From the NCBI GenBank assembly GCA_028822585.1, contig JAPKDL010000008.1, positions 1,256 through 65,255 on the forward strand: a DNA stretch of 64,000 nucleotides. Direction: 5' to 3'. This DNA is from Alphaproteobacteria bacterium. Its GTDB lineage: Bacteria; Pseudomonadota; Alphaproteobacteria; UBA8366; GCA-2717185. A program made the translations under genes and the position numbers. The notes beneath the pieces were generated by a model, which had not been told where the DNA came from, ran no database searches, and worked only from the letters and a program-made list of their open reading frames with translations. Within the stretch, counting starts at the first letter, position 1, and every line of letters starts with the position of its first letter. This document shows positions 1 to 8,328 of the stretch, piece by piece.

Positions 1-231
1 ACAATCAAACGATGGTGGTGGAAGATCCCAAGCCGAAAGACCGTATGGCGATAAACCGATGTCCGGATTTCGTCTCCGATGAACAATGGTCGGCACCGGA
101 TTAACACTGGTTAAGTTTTGTATGGAATTGTCGAGGGCTTCCATTGTATCTTAAGGCACGGTAAGACGCTTCGGACGCTAACTCATAGTTTTCGGAATAT
201 AACTTGTTGAAATAGAATGGAGAATTTATGT

Positions 232-1383
232 ATGTTTGAAAAAATCACGCGAAGAGGCGTGACGGGCCTGCTTGCTGCTGGCGCAGCCGCAGCGGTGCTT
301 GTGACGGTTCCAATACAACAAGCGATGGCCGCTACTGATTTTTCGGGTAAGCGCATTCGGATCATTGTTCCGTTCAATGAAGGCGGCGGCACTGATAGTC
401 TGACCCGTGCTTTGGTTCCGTTCATGGAGAAATATCTTCCAGGGAAGCCAAAAATTCTAGTGGTGAACAAGCCAGGTGCCGGTGGCATAGTGGGTGGTAA
501 TTTCTTTGAGTCGCGTGCTAAAAAAGACGGCACCTGGGTTATGGCGCTGTCCACATCGACGATCATGAATTATTTGCTGGGCGACCCCCGTGTTAAGTTT
601 GACATCAAGGGATGGGAACCAATCATCTTGTTGCCGCGTGGCAATATGGTTTACGCGCGGTCCGAGCTCGGCCTCAAAGGTTTGAGCGCGAAAGCTACCG
701 TTGCGAAATTGCGGTCTCTTCCGAAGGATAAATTGGTCTTTGGTGGTAAAACGCCAACATCGTCCGCCATTAACAAGCGGATGGCGTTATCCTTGCTCGG
801 CGTTGAAGTGAAAGACGTTTGGGGCATGAAGGGCAACGGTCCAATGGCGCAGGCCTTTGAACGCGGTGAGTTTACGCTCAATTTCGATAATTCATTATCA
901 TATTTAAACAATCGTAAAGGCTTCCGGAAATCCGGCATCGCCACGGAGTTATATACACATGGCGCGCCGGATGCGAAGGGTAACTGGACCGATGCCAATG
1001 GTAAATATAACCGTGATCCGACATGGCCGAATGTCCAAACCATCTACGAACTCTATGAAGAAGGTGCTGGTGGTAAATTTAGCACGCCTCAAGCTAATGC
1101 AACGCTTGCGTTGATCCGTGTTGGCACAGCGGCGAATAAATCGTTCCACCTTCCTAAAGGTGCGGATAAGGGTGCACTGGCGGCGTGGCGGAATGCGTTG
1201 ACCAAAACAATGACCGATCCGGAATTCGCGAAGAAAAAAGCGAAGGTGCTTGGAAAATTCAATGTTACGATCGGCGAACCGGCTCGCAAAGCGCTTCACG
1301 CGGCGATTAACTTGTCTGGTCCTCAGAAAGCCTACATCAAAAAATACGTCAAGACCCGTTACAATCTGGATCTAAACCTCTGA
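232..1383 (+). CDS. Bug/TctC-family tripartite tricarboxylate transporter substrate-binding protein (long, divergent member)
   Basis: Translation carries the Bug-family core IVPFNEGGGTDSLTR...NKPGAGG. The N-terminus has a signal peptide with a twin-arginine-like TRRGVTGLLAAGAAAAVLV...AMA. GGAG lies 9 nt upstream of ATG 232. The track ORF starts at 217 without an SD. Confidence 0.75.
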   Translation: MFEKITRRGVTGLLAAGAAAAVLVTVPIQQAMAATDFSGKRIRIIVPFNEGGGTDSLTRALVPFMEKYLPGKPKILVVNKPGAGGIVGGNFFESRAKKDGTWVMALSTSTIMNYLLGDPRVKFDIKGWEPIILLPRGNMVYARSELGLKGLSAKATVAKLRSLPKDKLVFGGKTPTSSAINKRMALSLLGVEVKDVWGMKGNGPMAQAFERGEFTLNFDNSLSYLNNRKGFRKSGIATELYTHGAPDAKGNWTDANGKYNRDPTWPNVQTIYELYEEGAGGKFSTPQANATLALIRVGTAANKSFHLPKGADKGALAAWRNALTKTMTDPEFAKKKAKVLGKFNVTIGEPARKALHAAINLSGPQKAYIKKYVKTRYNLDLNL

Positions 1384-1414
1384 TCTGGTGCGTTTATAAA
1401 TAGCGCGATTGCAG

Positions 1415-1449
1415 CGCCCGGTGATAACTCGCCGGGCGTTGTTTTTTTA
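1415..1449 (+). terminator. Rho-independent terminator after the TctC-like gene
   Basis: CGCCCGG-N10-CCGGGCG stem followed by TTGTTTTTTT, 32 nt after the stop codon. Confidence 0.7.
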
Positions 1450-2175
1450 TCGACTTTGTGAAGAATGGAGCTGTTAGAGCCGTCATCTTTTTATGAAATG
1501 TCAGGATAGATATGCCGTCTTGCCGTATCGTCGCATTGGGCCTAATCCGATGAGGCCGACGCTAAGTGAGACGAAGAACGTAGGCATGGATATTTTTTGA
1601 CTGCGGAAAATATTATTTTAACAACTTAGTCATTGTCACTCTTCTTTCAAATGTTAAATATTTTTATCCACAATGCAAAAGGTGAGGTCATTAAAGTCGA
1701 AATTGAGCCTCACATATGCTATTCCTCAATATAAACTAAAGTGTTGCAGGTAGAGAGAGAGCCAGATGGCTCGTTTTTTAAGGCTGAAAAACCGTATGGC
1801 CAAGATGCTAACGCCATCTTGAGCCCAATTCCTCTTTATATAAATGTTCCTAAATTCGATAAACTACGTTGTATGTCCTGCATTTAGCCACAGCGTTACT
1901 GGCAAGAATAGTTTTTTAAGATCCATGTTTATGGTTGTGAGATTTCTTTGAAACGATTGTGACCTTAGAGTTCGCAATCAAGTTTGCCGCCGATGATAAG
2001 AAACAAGATTACAGTCCCCGATATGTCGTCACGTAACTTTCTAACGCATGGAAGTTTACGTGTTCTGTGACACATATTAGTCCTCCAGGTCGATTAGGGA
2101 TGCGACCTATTGTATTCTGTTGATCTTCTGTGAAGTGTCGTCGCGGGCGAAATAGCTGGCTGTAGAGGTGCACAG
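1450..2175. other. AT-rich gene-free spacer; possible unannotated small RNA or leader transcript(s)
   Basis: Visibly much more AT-rich than the flanking genes. There is no ORF above 25 codons with a credible SD on the plus strand. It contains several short hairpins (e.g. GAGCC-AGAT-GGCTC + GTTTTTT near 1758-1778) and is bounded by two plus-strand terminators. Confidence 0.4.
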
Positions 2176-2220
2176 AATTAAGGGTCCACATATTCTGTGG
2201 ACCCTTAATTTTTCTTTTCT
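2176..2220 (+). terminator. Strong intrinsic terminator (15-bp perfect stem), probably bidirectional
   Basis: AATTAAGGGTCCACA-TATTC-TGTGGACCCTTAATT followed by TTTCTTTTCT on the plus strand. On the minus strand the same hairpin sits 16 nt after the tctA-like stop, preceded by an A-tract. Confidence 0.75.
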
Positions 2221-2233
2221 GATAAGGTCCAGT

Positions 2234-4240
2234 CTACTGTGGGCCGCCAAGATAAAATGGCATTTCGAATCCCAGAAAATGTTCTGTGAAGAGTTGTAGC
2301 AATCCTGGCGGATATTCTAACGTTAGGAAGTAGGAGAGCGCGCCAAGGAACACTGCTGCCGATAGGCCCAATAATCCGTTGCGCACATGGTTGATTTCCA
2401 CTTTGGATGATACGAAATGGTATATGAAGATCGCTGCAGCGATAGGAAAGCCAAGTAGCGCGATGAATCCAAGCATGCCAGCGATCCATCCGAGGTAATA
2501 AAACTCCGAATGGGTCGTTTCGCCGTGAAGTTCTTTATCGATAAGCACGGCGCAAGGCTTCGTCGCCCGGATTTGCTGAAAGAGCACTGGCAGCACAAAG
2601 GCGAACCCAATCCCCCCGATCACGAACGGAAAGATGCGGCCCAATGTTTCGTAACGAAATCCATCGAGGAATGCGACTATCACGATGGATAACATGAAAA
2701 GGGTGAAACCGATTTGCGGCCATTTGCGTCGAGTCGAGGCTTCGCTGTCTTCTGTGTAGAACTTCCCGGCGTTGGGATTGTAACGCAGTGCGCCATAGAT
2801 TGAGAGCACGGTTAAAGCCAGCAAGACCTGCACGATTGGCCGCTCAAAGAAGGTGAAGCCATAAACTTGTATCGATTGGTAAAGCGATGTCTCGATGCGT
2901 TCCGACAGGAAAAATCCAATGAGCAGTGCCGGGCGCGACCAACCGTACCGTTTCATGAAGGTGCCGAGCGTGCCGAAAACGAACAATGCTATAAGATCGC
3001 TCCAGTCCCGCGTCGCCTGGAAGGCAGCGAAGAAAATCAATATCAGCATGAATGGTGCTAAAAACCCGTACCGGATCGTCGTTAATTTTGCGATATACGA
3101 GGACAGGAATAAGCACGCGCCGGCACCGAATACATTCGCCAGCGCCAACGACCAGATCATCGTATAGGTTAAATCAAGGCGTTCGGTGATCATTTCGCTG
3201 CCGGGTTCAATGCCAATCAGGATAAACCCGCTTAACAATATGGCGTAACTTCCCGACCCCGGAATACCGAACAGGATCGTGGGGATCATCGCCCCACCTT
3301 CTTTTGCATTGTTGGCTGATTCGGGCGCAAGGACCCCGCGAATATCACCTGTGCCGTATTTCGATTTATCCTTGGACGTTTGGATTACGTGCCCATATGC
3401 GATCCAATCAACGACCGAGCCCCCAAGGCCAGGCAATGCGCCGACGATACAGCCAATGGCGGAGCAGCGTAAGACAATCCACCAGTTTGTTACCGCGTCT
3501 TTGAACCCTCTGGCCCACCCGCTACCAAGCACGCCACCTTCCGAAATTGTTTTATGGCGACGCACCAAATCCACAATTTCGGGCATGGCGAACATGCCCA
3601 AGCCTATAATTACGATCTTTATTCCATCACTTAGATAAGCGGATTCATAAACGCCCGGAATTCCGGCCAACCTGAAGGCACCATGGGGTTCGTAACCAAT
3701 CATGCCGACAATAAGGCCAATCACGCATGTGGCGAGCCCCTTGAACGCGTGGTTGCCGGTCAACATGCCAATCATGCTCAATGCCAACATGATCAACATC
3801 ATTTGTTCGCCAAACCCCATCGCCAGGATTATTGGCCTGGCGGCGAAGATGGCGCCGGTCAGCACGAACGCGCCAAACAGGCCCCCGAATAGGGAGGCGG
3901 TAAAGGCTGCGCCCAACGCGCGGGCACCTTCACCTCTTTTCGCGAGGGGGAAGCCATCTACCACGGTCGCTTGAGAGGCTGACGTGCCGGGTATTCCCAT
4001 GAGTACCGAGGGGAATGTGTCTGAAGTGGTCGTGGGGGCCAGCAAGCCGATCATCATGGCCAAAGCGTTGGCGGGATCCATATCGTAGACAAAGGGCAGC
4101 AATAGAGACAAACCTGCGACGCCACCCAAACCCGGTAATACACCAATTAGAAGGCCAAGTGTGACGCCAATGAGCAAAAACATCAAATGATTCGGCTCAA
4201 ATAACTGCGTGAATGCGCTGATAAAAACGTCGACTTCCAT
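2234..4240 (-). CDS. Tripartite tricarboxylate transporter permease, TctA fused to a C-terminal TctB-like 4-TM domain
   Basis: TctA-like polytopic sequence (LPGLGG motif twice, GIPG repeats). An extra ~170 aa follows the usual TctA end, with a TctB-like segment (GRIFPFVIGGIGFAFVLPVLF) and 4 hydrophobic helices. ATG 4240 has GGGAG 5 nt upstream; the track start at 4258 is TTG. Confidence 0.85.
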   Translation of the reverse strand: MEVDVFISAFTQLFEPNHLMFLLIGVTLGLLIGVLPGLGGVAGLSLLLPFVYDMDPANALAMMIGLLAPTTTSDTFPSVLMGIPGTSASQATVVDGFPLAKRGEGARALGAAFTASLFGGLFGAFVLTGAIFAARPIILAMGFGEQMMLIMLALSMIGMLTGNHAFKGLATCVIGLIVGMIGYEPHGAFRLAGIPGVYESAYLSDGIKIVIIGLGMFAMPEIVDLVRRHKTISEGGVLGSGWARGFKDAVTNWWIVLRCSAIGCIVGALPGLGGSVVDWIAYGHVIQTSKDKSKYGTGDIRGVLAPESANNAKEGGAMIPTILFGIPGSGSYAILLSGFILIGIEPGSEMITERLDLTYTMIWSLALANVFGAGACLFLSSYIAKLTTIRYGFLAPFMLILIFFAAFQATRDWSDLIALFVFGTLGTFMKRYGWSRPALLIGFFLSERIETSLYQSIQVYGFTFFERPIVQVLLALTVLSIYGALRYNPNAGKFYTEDSEASTRRKWPQIGFTLFMLSIVIVAFLDGFRYETLGRIFPFVIGGIGFAFVLPVLFQQIRATKPCAVLIDKELHGETTHSEFYYLGWIAGMLGFIALLGFPIAAAIFIYHFVSSKVEINHVRNGLLGLSAAVFLGALSYFLTLEYPPGLLQLFTEHFLGFEMPFYLGGPQ

Positions 4241-4364
4241 TATGGCTCCCAGAAACAAAAATTTTTCTTATTGCAACGCGTCATTTTTAGACAAGTACAA
4301 AGAATTATTCGAAGAAATATAGAAGTATCCACAATAAGGCAATTCTCCGATAGTTTCTTTAGTT

Positions 4365-5990
4365 TTAGGCTGCCGAAGATGGGCGTTGGATGAGGTCCCA
4401 TACGCTGGGCATTTCTCCAACGGGGACTTCGATCAGGGCGGGTCCCGGCGCCGCGAAAGCTTCGCGTATCGCTGCGCGCAACTCTTCTGGCGTTTCCGCG
4501 CGAATGCCGGTCATACCAAAGGTGTGTGCCAGCGCGGCGAAATCTGGATTGTGCAAATCAACGGCGATATAACGTTCGCCATAATTATCCTTCTGAAATC
4601 GTTTAACATTGCCAAATGCTTTGTCGGCGAACACGATGGTCACCACGTTGATGTGGTGCGCCACGGCGGTGGACAGTTCCTGAACATTGAACATGAAGCC
4701 GCCATCGCCGGAAATACAGATCACCCTGCGGTCCGGATGCGCGACCTGTGCCCCTAACGCAGTGGGAAAGGCGTAACCTAAAGTGGCCTGATAGCTGGGC
4801 GTGATCAATGTTCGCGGATGGTGGACCGGCATCCAGTTCTGAAGGTAGGTCGCCATTTGCGTCACGTCGGTAACGACGATCCCATCGTCAGGAACTTCGT
4901 CACGGATGACTTTGGCGAATCCGTATTGGGGTTCGAGCGTTTCCAATTTGGCTTGAGCGTCGGCTTTGACCTTACGCAGTTCAGTTTCGCGAGAAGGTCG
5001 GGTGCGGTTCTGTGGCTCGATTAAGTCACACAATGCGGCCAACCCGTTGCGCGCATTTGAAATGATGGTGATGTCTGACGGGCGCGGCTTGGTTGCCTGT
5101 TCGCCGTCAATGTCGATACGCACGGTCTTGACCTCGTCCGCGCGGCCCCAGGCCAAGGCGGGGGTGGTGAAGCGGGTGCCCACAATCAAGGCGACGTCGA
5201 CACTTGGCCAGATGTCCTGTCCGGCAATCATGCCTTGCGCGTGGTAGTCGCTATCGCCAAGGGCACCCCGCCCGGTTCGGCTCATGATAACAGGGGCTTC
5301 CAGAAGTTCCGACAGGCGCTGTAGTTCGGCTTCTGCGCCAAAGACGCCGCTGCCTACAAAGATTGCCGGTTTTCCCGCTTGCCCCAGTAGCGCGGCCGCT
5401 TTGTCCAAAGCGTCAACGTCTGGTTGTGCGGATCCGTCGTAATCTTGCACATCCAATAAGTCGACGTATTCCTCGCGGCCCATAACGTCCGGCGCCATTT
5501 CAAATACGACGGGCTGATGTCGCGTTTCCAACATTTGGCGGAATGCGTCCTGCAATACACTGGGCGCATCAGCGGCTGACTCGGCGCGGCCCACCCATTT
5601 GGCGACGCCGCGCATGGCGGCCGACTGATCGCGAATTTCGTGAGTCATGCCGACGCCGCCGCCAATCTGGCTAGAGGGCAACTGACCGCCGATGCACAAA
5701 ACCGGCGCGTTGGACGCTGCTGCCGTGGCCAACGCCGCGCCTGCATTCAACAGGCCGGGGCCGGGGCCGACGATACATGCGCCGACCTTGCCGCTGGATT
5801 GCGCGTAACCCAGCGCCATATAGGCGGCACCTTGTTCGTGGCGGGTGTGGATGGTGCGTATGGTGTTGCGCGCCTCATAGAGGGCGTCAAACGTATTGTC
5901 GAGCTGAACGCCGGGTAGGCCGAAGATCGTATCAACCCCATGGTTTGTCAGTGTCCGGACAATCGCTTGTCCACCAGTTAATTTCGCCAT
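4365..5990 (-). CDS. Thiamine-diphosphate-dependent enzyme (acetolactate synthase large-subunit-like)
   Basis: N-terminal TPP-pyrimidine domain (GVDTIFGLPGVQ...HEQGAAYMALGYA) and a C-terminal GDGGF Mg-TPP motif (ISGDGGFMFNVQEL). Confidence 0.85.
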   Translation of the reverse strand: MAKLTGGQAIVRTLTNHGVDTIFGLPGVQLDNTFDALYEARNTIRTIHTRHEQGAAYMALGYAQSSGKVGACIVGPGPGLLNAGAALATAAASNAPVLCIGGQLPSSQIGGGVGMTHEIRDQSAAMRGVAKWVGRAESAADAPSVLQDAFRQMLETRHQPVVFEMAPDVMGREEYVDLLDVQDYDGSAQPDVDALDKAAALLGQAGKPAIFVGSGVFGAEAELQRLSELLEAPVIMSRTGRGALGDSDYHAQGMIAGQDIWPSVDVALIVGTRFTTPALAWGRADEVKTVRIDIDGEQATKPRPSDITIISNARNGLAALCDLIEPQNRTRPSRETELRKVKADAQAKLETLEPQYGFAKVIRDEVPDDGIVVTDVTQMATYLQNWMPVHHPRTLITPSYQATLGYAFPTALGAQVAHPDRRVICISGDGGFMFNVQELSTAVAHHINVVTIVFADKAFGNVKRFQKDNYGERYIAVDLHNPDFAALAHTFGMTGIRAETPEELRAAIREAFAAPGPALIEVPVGEMPSVWDLIQRPSSAA

Positions 5991-6037
5991 AAGGGCGCTC
6001 CTGTGGTTGCTTCAATAAGGCTTTTGTGTACGGGGGG

Positions 6038-7348
6038 TTAATCCAGCGCGCAGGTCCGGAACCCGGCAAAAGCATCATTTCGGTTAGGACCAAAATAGTT
6101 ACGATACTTTGCGTTGATCATGCGGCTTCGCGTAGTCCAAGCGCCACCGCGTAGCACTTTCGTATCATTGAAAAGGGGTGTGGAATATTCTTTGTAATCG
6201 TCGGGCGCGAATCCGTCGAAGGGCCGGAACGTGTCGCTGGTCCATTCCCAGACATTGCCAATCAACTGACGGCACCCCCAAGCGTTATCGCCTTTAGGAC
6301 AGGCGGCAGTATCAATGCAGCCCAATGCGAAGCCGTCAAGATTGGCGTGATCAGGGGTTGGGTCGTCATCGCCCCAGGGATAGGCATGTTTGTCCAGACC
6401 GCCCCCTTTGTTGGGCCGCATCGTTGCGGTGAATTCCCATTCCGCTTCCGTTGGCAACCGTCGGCTCGCCCAGCGGCAATAAGCATTTGCTTCAAACCAC
6501 GTGACATGTATTACCGGCGCGTCAGGTGCCATCGTCCGCCAGGTATCGAAGTGCCGCGTGTCCCATCCTTCGCCGCCATTGCCGCGCCAGTAAACAGGAT
6601 GCGTTGCGTTGACGTCGGTGCGCCACCGCCAGCCTTCCGGGGTCCATAAATCGGACCGGTCGTATCCATCATCGGCGATGAAGTCGGCGAACGCCTTGTT
6701 AGTGGTGGGAGTGAGCGCCATATGGAATGGCGTAACCAATATTTCATGCGCCCATTTTTCATTGTCGAAAAGAAATGGACTGTCGGGTTGTGACCCAAAA
6801 GCGAACGAGCCGCCGGGAATAGCCGCGTCACCGTCGAGGCTTCCTGTCGTGTTGTCGAGATACAAGCAGTTCGGGCGGTCTGGGGCGAATATTGGCGTTG
6901 GATAGCCATGGATTTGGCGCGCCGAGGTGAACGCTTCACAATGCATGTCTTCATGAAAAGTGGTGAATTGATAGAGATAACTCTCCCGTTCATCCGCTAA
7001 GCCTACGCCTAGGTGATCCACGAGCGTATCGAGCACTCGGGTCATATAATCGACCATTTCATCGAGCGGATACACAGGCAAATCCCATCTATTTTCATGC
7101 AGGATGGCTATTGAATCATAGAGCAGGTCGCCACGAGCTAATAGCGGTGCGTGGCCTAAGTGGCGACGCAAAATGAAAATTTCATAAAACCAGGCAACAT
7201 GCCCAATTTCCCAAATTAACGGGTTCACTGTGGGTAACTTTGGGCCAATTTGCTGTTCTTGCGTTAAACCCTGGATGAGTTCTAACGTGCGTTGACGTGC
7301 ACTTTGCATCATCGATATAAGTTTGGTCGTTTCAACAGGTACGGTCAT
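6038..7348 (-). CDS. senA: EgtB-type non-haem-iron sulfoxide/selenoxide synthase (DinB-like N-domain + FGE-like C-domain); candidate selenoneine synthase
   Basis: 3-His pattern IGHVAWF and FHEDMHCE (His52/134/138 in track numbering) as in EgtB. C-terminal FGE/SUMF1-like region (RGGAWTT, GFR). Sits head-to-head with a SenB-like glycosyltransferase. The symbol rests on context, not on an HMM score. Confidence 0.6.
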   Translation of the reverse strand: MTVPVETTKLISMMQSARQRTLELIQGLTQEQQIGPKLPTVNPLIWEIGHVAWFYEIFILRRHLGHAPLLARGDLLYDSIAILHENRWDLPVYPLDEMVDYMTRVLDTLVDHLGVGLADERESYLYQFTTFHEDMHCEAFTSARQIHGYPTPIFAPDRPNCLYLDNTTGSLDGDAAIPGGSFAFGSQPDSPFLFDNEKWAHEILVTPFHMALTPTTNKAFADFIADDGYDRSDLWTPEGWRWRTDVNATHPVYWRGNGGEGWDTRHFDTWRTMAPDAPVIHVTWFEANAYCRWASRRLPTEAEWEFTATMRPNKGGGLDKHAYPWGDDDPTPDHANLDGFALGCIDTAACPKGDNAWGCRQLIGNVWEWTSDTFRPFDGFAPDDYKEYSTPLFNDTKVLRGGAWTTRSRMINAKYRNYFGPNRNDAFAGFRTCALD

Positions 7349-7368
7349 GCTCACTCTTGGATGGTTTT

Positions 7369-8325
7369 ATGAAGATTAGCCTTGTTACGCCCGCGGGAAA
7401 ACAGTCTCGGTCCGGAAACCGTGCAACAGCGTCGCGTTGGGCGCGTATTTTTCGCGATCTTGGGCACAAAGTTGGTATTTACGTTGAAGATGATGGCGTA
7501 GATGCTGATATGATGGTAGCTGTTCATGCGTGGCGCAGCGCGGAATCGATAGACCGATTCGCTGCAATTCATCCGGACAGGCCACTGATTGTTCTCCTTT
7601 CAGGGACGGATATTTACCGATTTCAGGAGAGTCACCCGGAGCCAACCCATGCATCTATGGAAAAAGCGACGGCGTTGGTGTGCCTCCATGATTTGGTGCA
7701 CCGGGCGATTCCCGAACAATTTCATTCCAAACTCCATGTGATCCATCAATCGGCGCCGCCGTTGCCGCGTCCGCGTGCGCCATCCCGAAATACATTTGAT
7801 ATTTGCGTGGTTGGTCATTTGCGAGAGGAAAAGGATTCTCTGCGCACCGCGTTCGCTGCCCGATTGGCGCCGTCTGAATCCCGCTTGCGGGTGATCCATC
7901 TGGGCAAGGCGCATAACGATGAATGGGCGCGGGACGGGGCGGCGGAAGCCGCCGATAATCCCCGATATTTTTGGCGTGGGGAAACGCCGGGCTGGCAGGT
8001 GCGACGCATATTCTCTCAATGCCATGCGATGGTGATCAGTTCGCGTATGGAAGGTGGCGCGAATGTCGTGTCGGAAGCTGCCGCCGCGGGTTTGCCGGTT
8101 GTTGCGTCATATATCGATGGCAATGTGGGGCTCCTCGGAGGCGATTATGAAGGTTATTACCCGGTGGCGGATGAAGCGGCCTTGGCTAAAGTGCTGCACC
8201 GCGCGGAAACCGAGCCCGCGTTTTTAAAGCGCTTGGGCGAACAATGCCAAGCGCGCGCTTCGCTGTTTGAACCAGCGCTGGAACGTGCCGCATGGACACG
8301 ATTGCTTGCGACATTGACTAAATAA
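7369..8325 (+). CDS. senB: GT-B glycosyltransferase, candidate selenosugar synthase of the selenoneine pathway
   Basis: N-terminus reads MKISLVTPAGKQSRSGNRATASRWARIF. The C-terminal half is group-1 glycosyltransferase-like (EGGANVVSEAAAAGLPVV). The gene diverges from the EgtB-like gene with start codons 20 bp apart. Confidence 0.55.
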   Translation: MKISLVTPAGKQSRSGNRATASRWARIFRDLGHKVGIYVEDDGVDADMMVAVHAWRSAESIDRFAAIHPDRPLIVLLSGTDIYRFQESHPEPTHASMEKATALVCLHDLVHRAIPEQFHSKLHVIHQSAPPLPRPRAPSRNTFDICVVGHLREEKDSLRTAFAARLAPSESRLRVIHLGKAHNDEWARDGAAEAADNPRYFWRGETPGWQVRRIFSQCHAMVISSRMEGGANVVSEAAAAGLPVVASYIDGNVGLLGGDYEGYYPVADEAALAKVLHRAETEPAFLKRLGEQCQARASLFEPALERAAWTRLLATLTK

Positions 8326-8328
8326 AAA

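Noticed and set aside
1-144. Possible partial genes at the left edge: plus frame 3 open to a TAA at 100-102 (...VVEDPKPKDRMAINRCPDFVSDEQWSAPD), or a minus-strand ORF starting at ATG 144 and open to the edge
   Set aside because: Both are under 50 codons and mutually exclusive. Neither has a recognisable domain or a convincing SD. I cannot support either from the sequence alone.
2009-2191. 60-aa minus-strand ORF in the AT-rich spacer
   Set aside because: It has no SD and no recognisable sequence features, and it overlaps the terminator hairpin. It is most likely non-coding.
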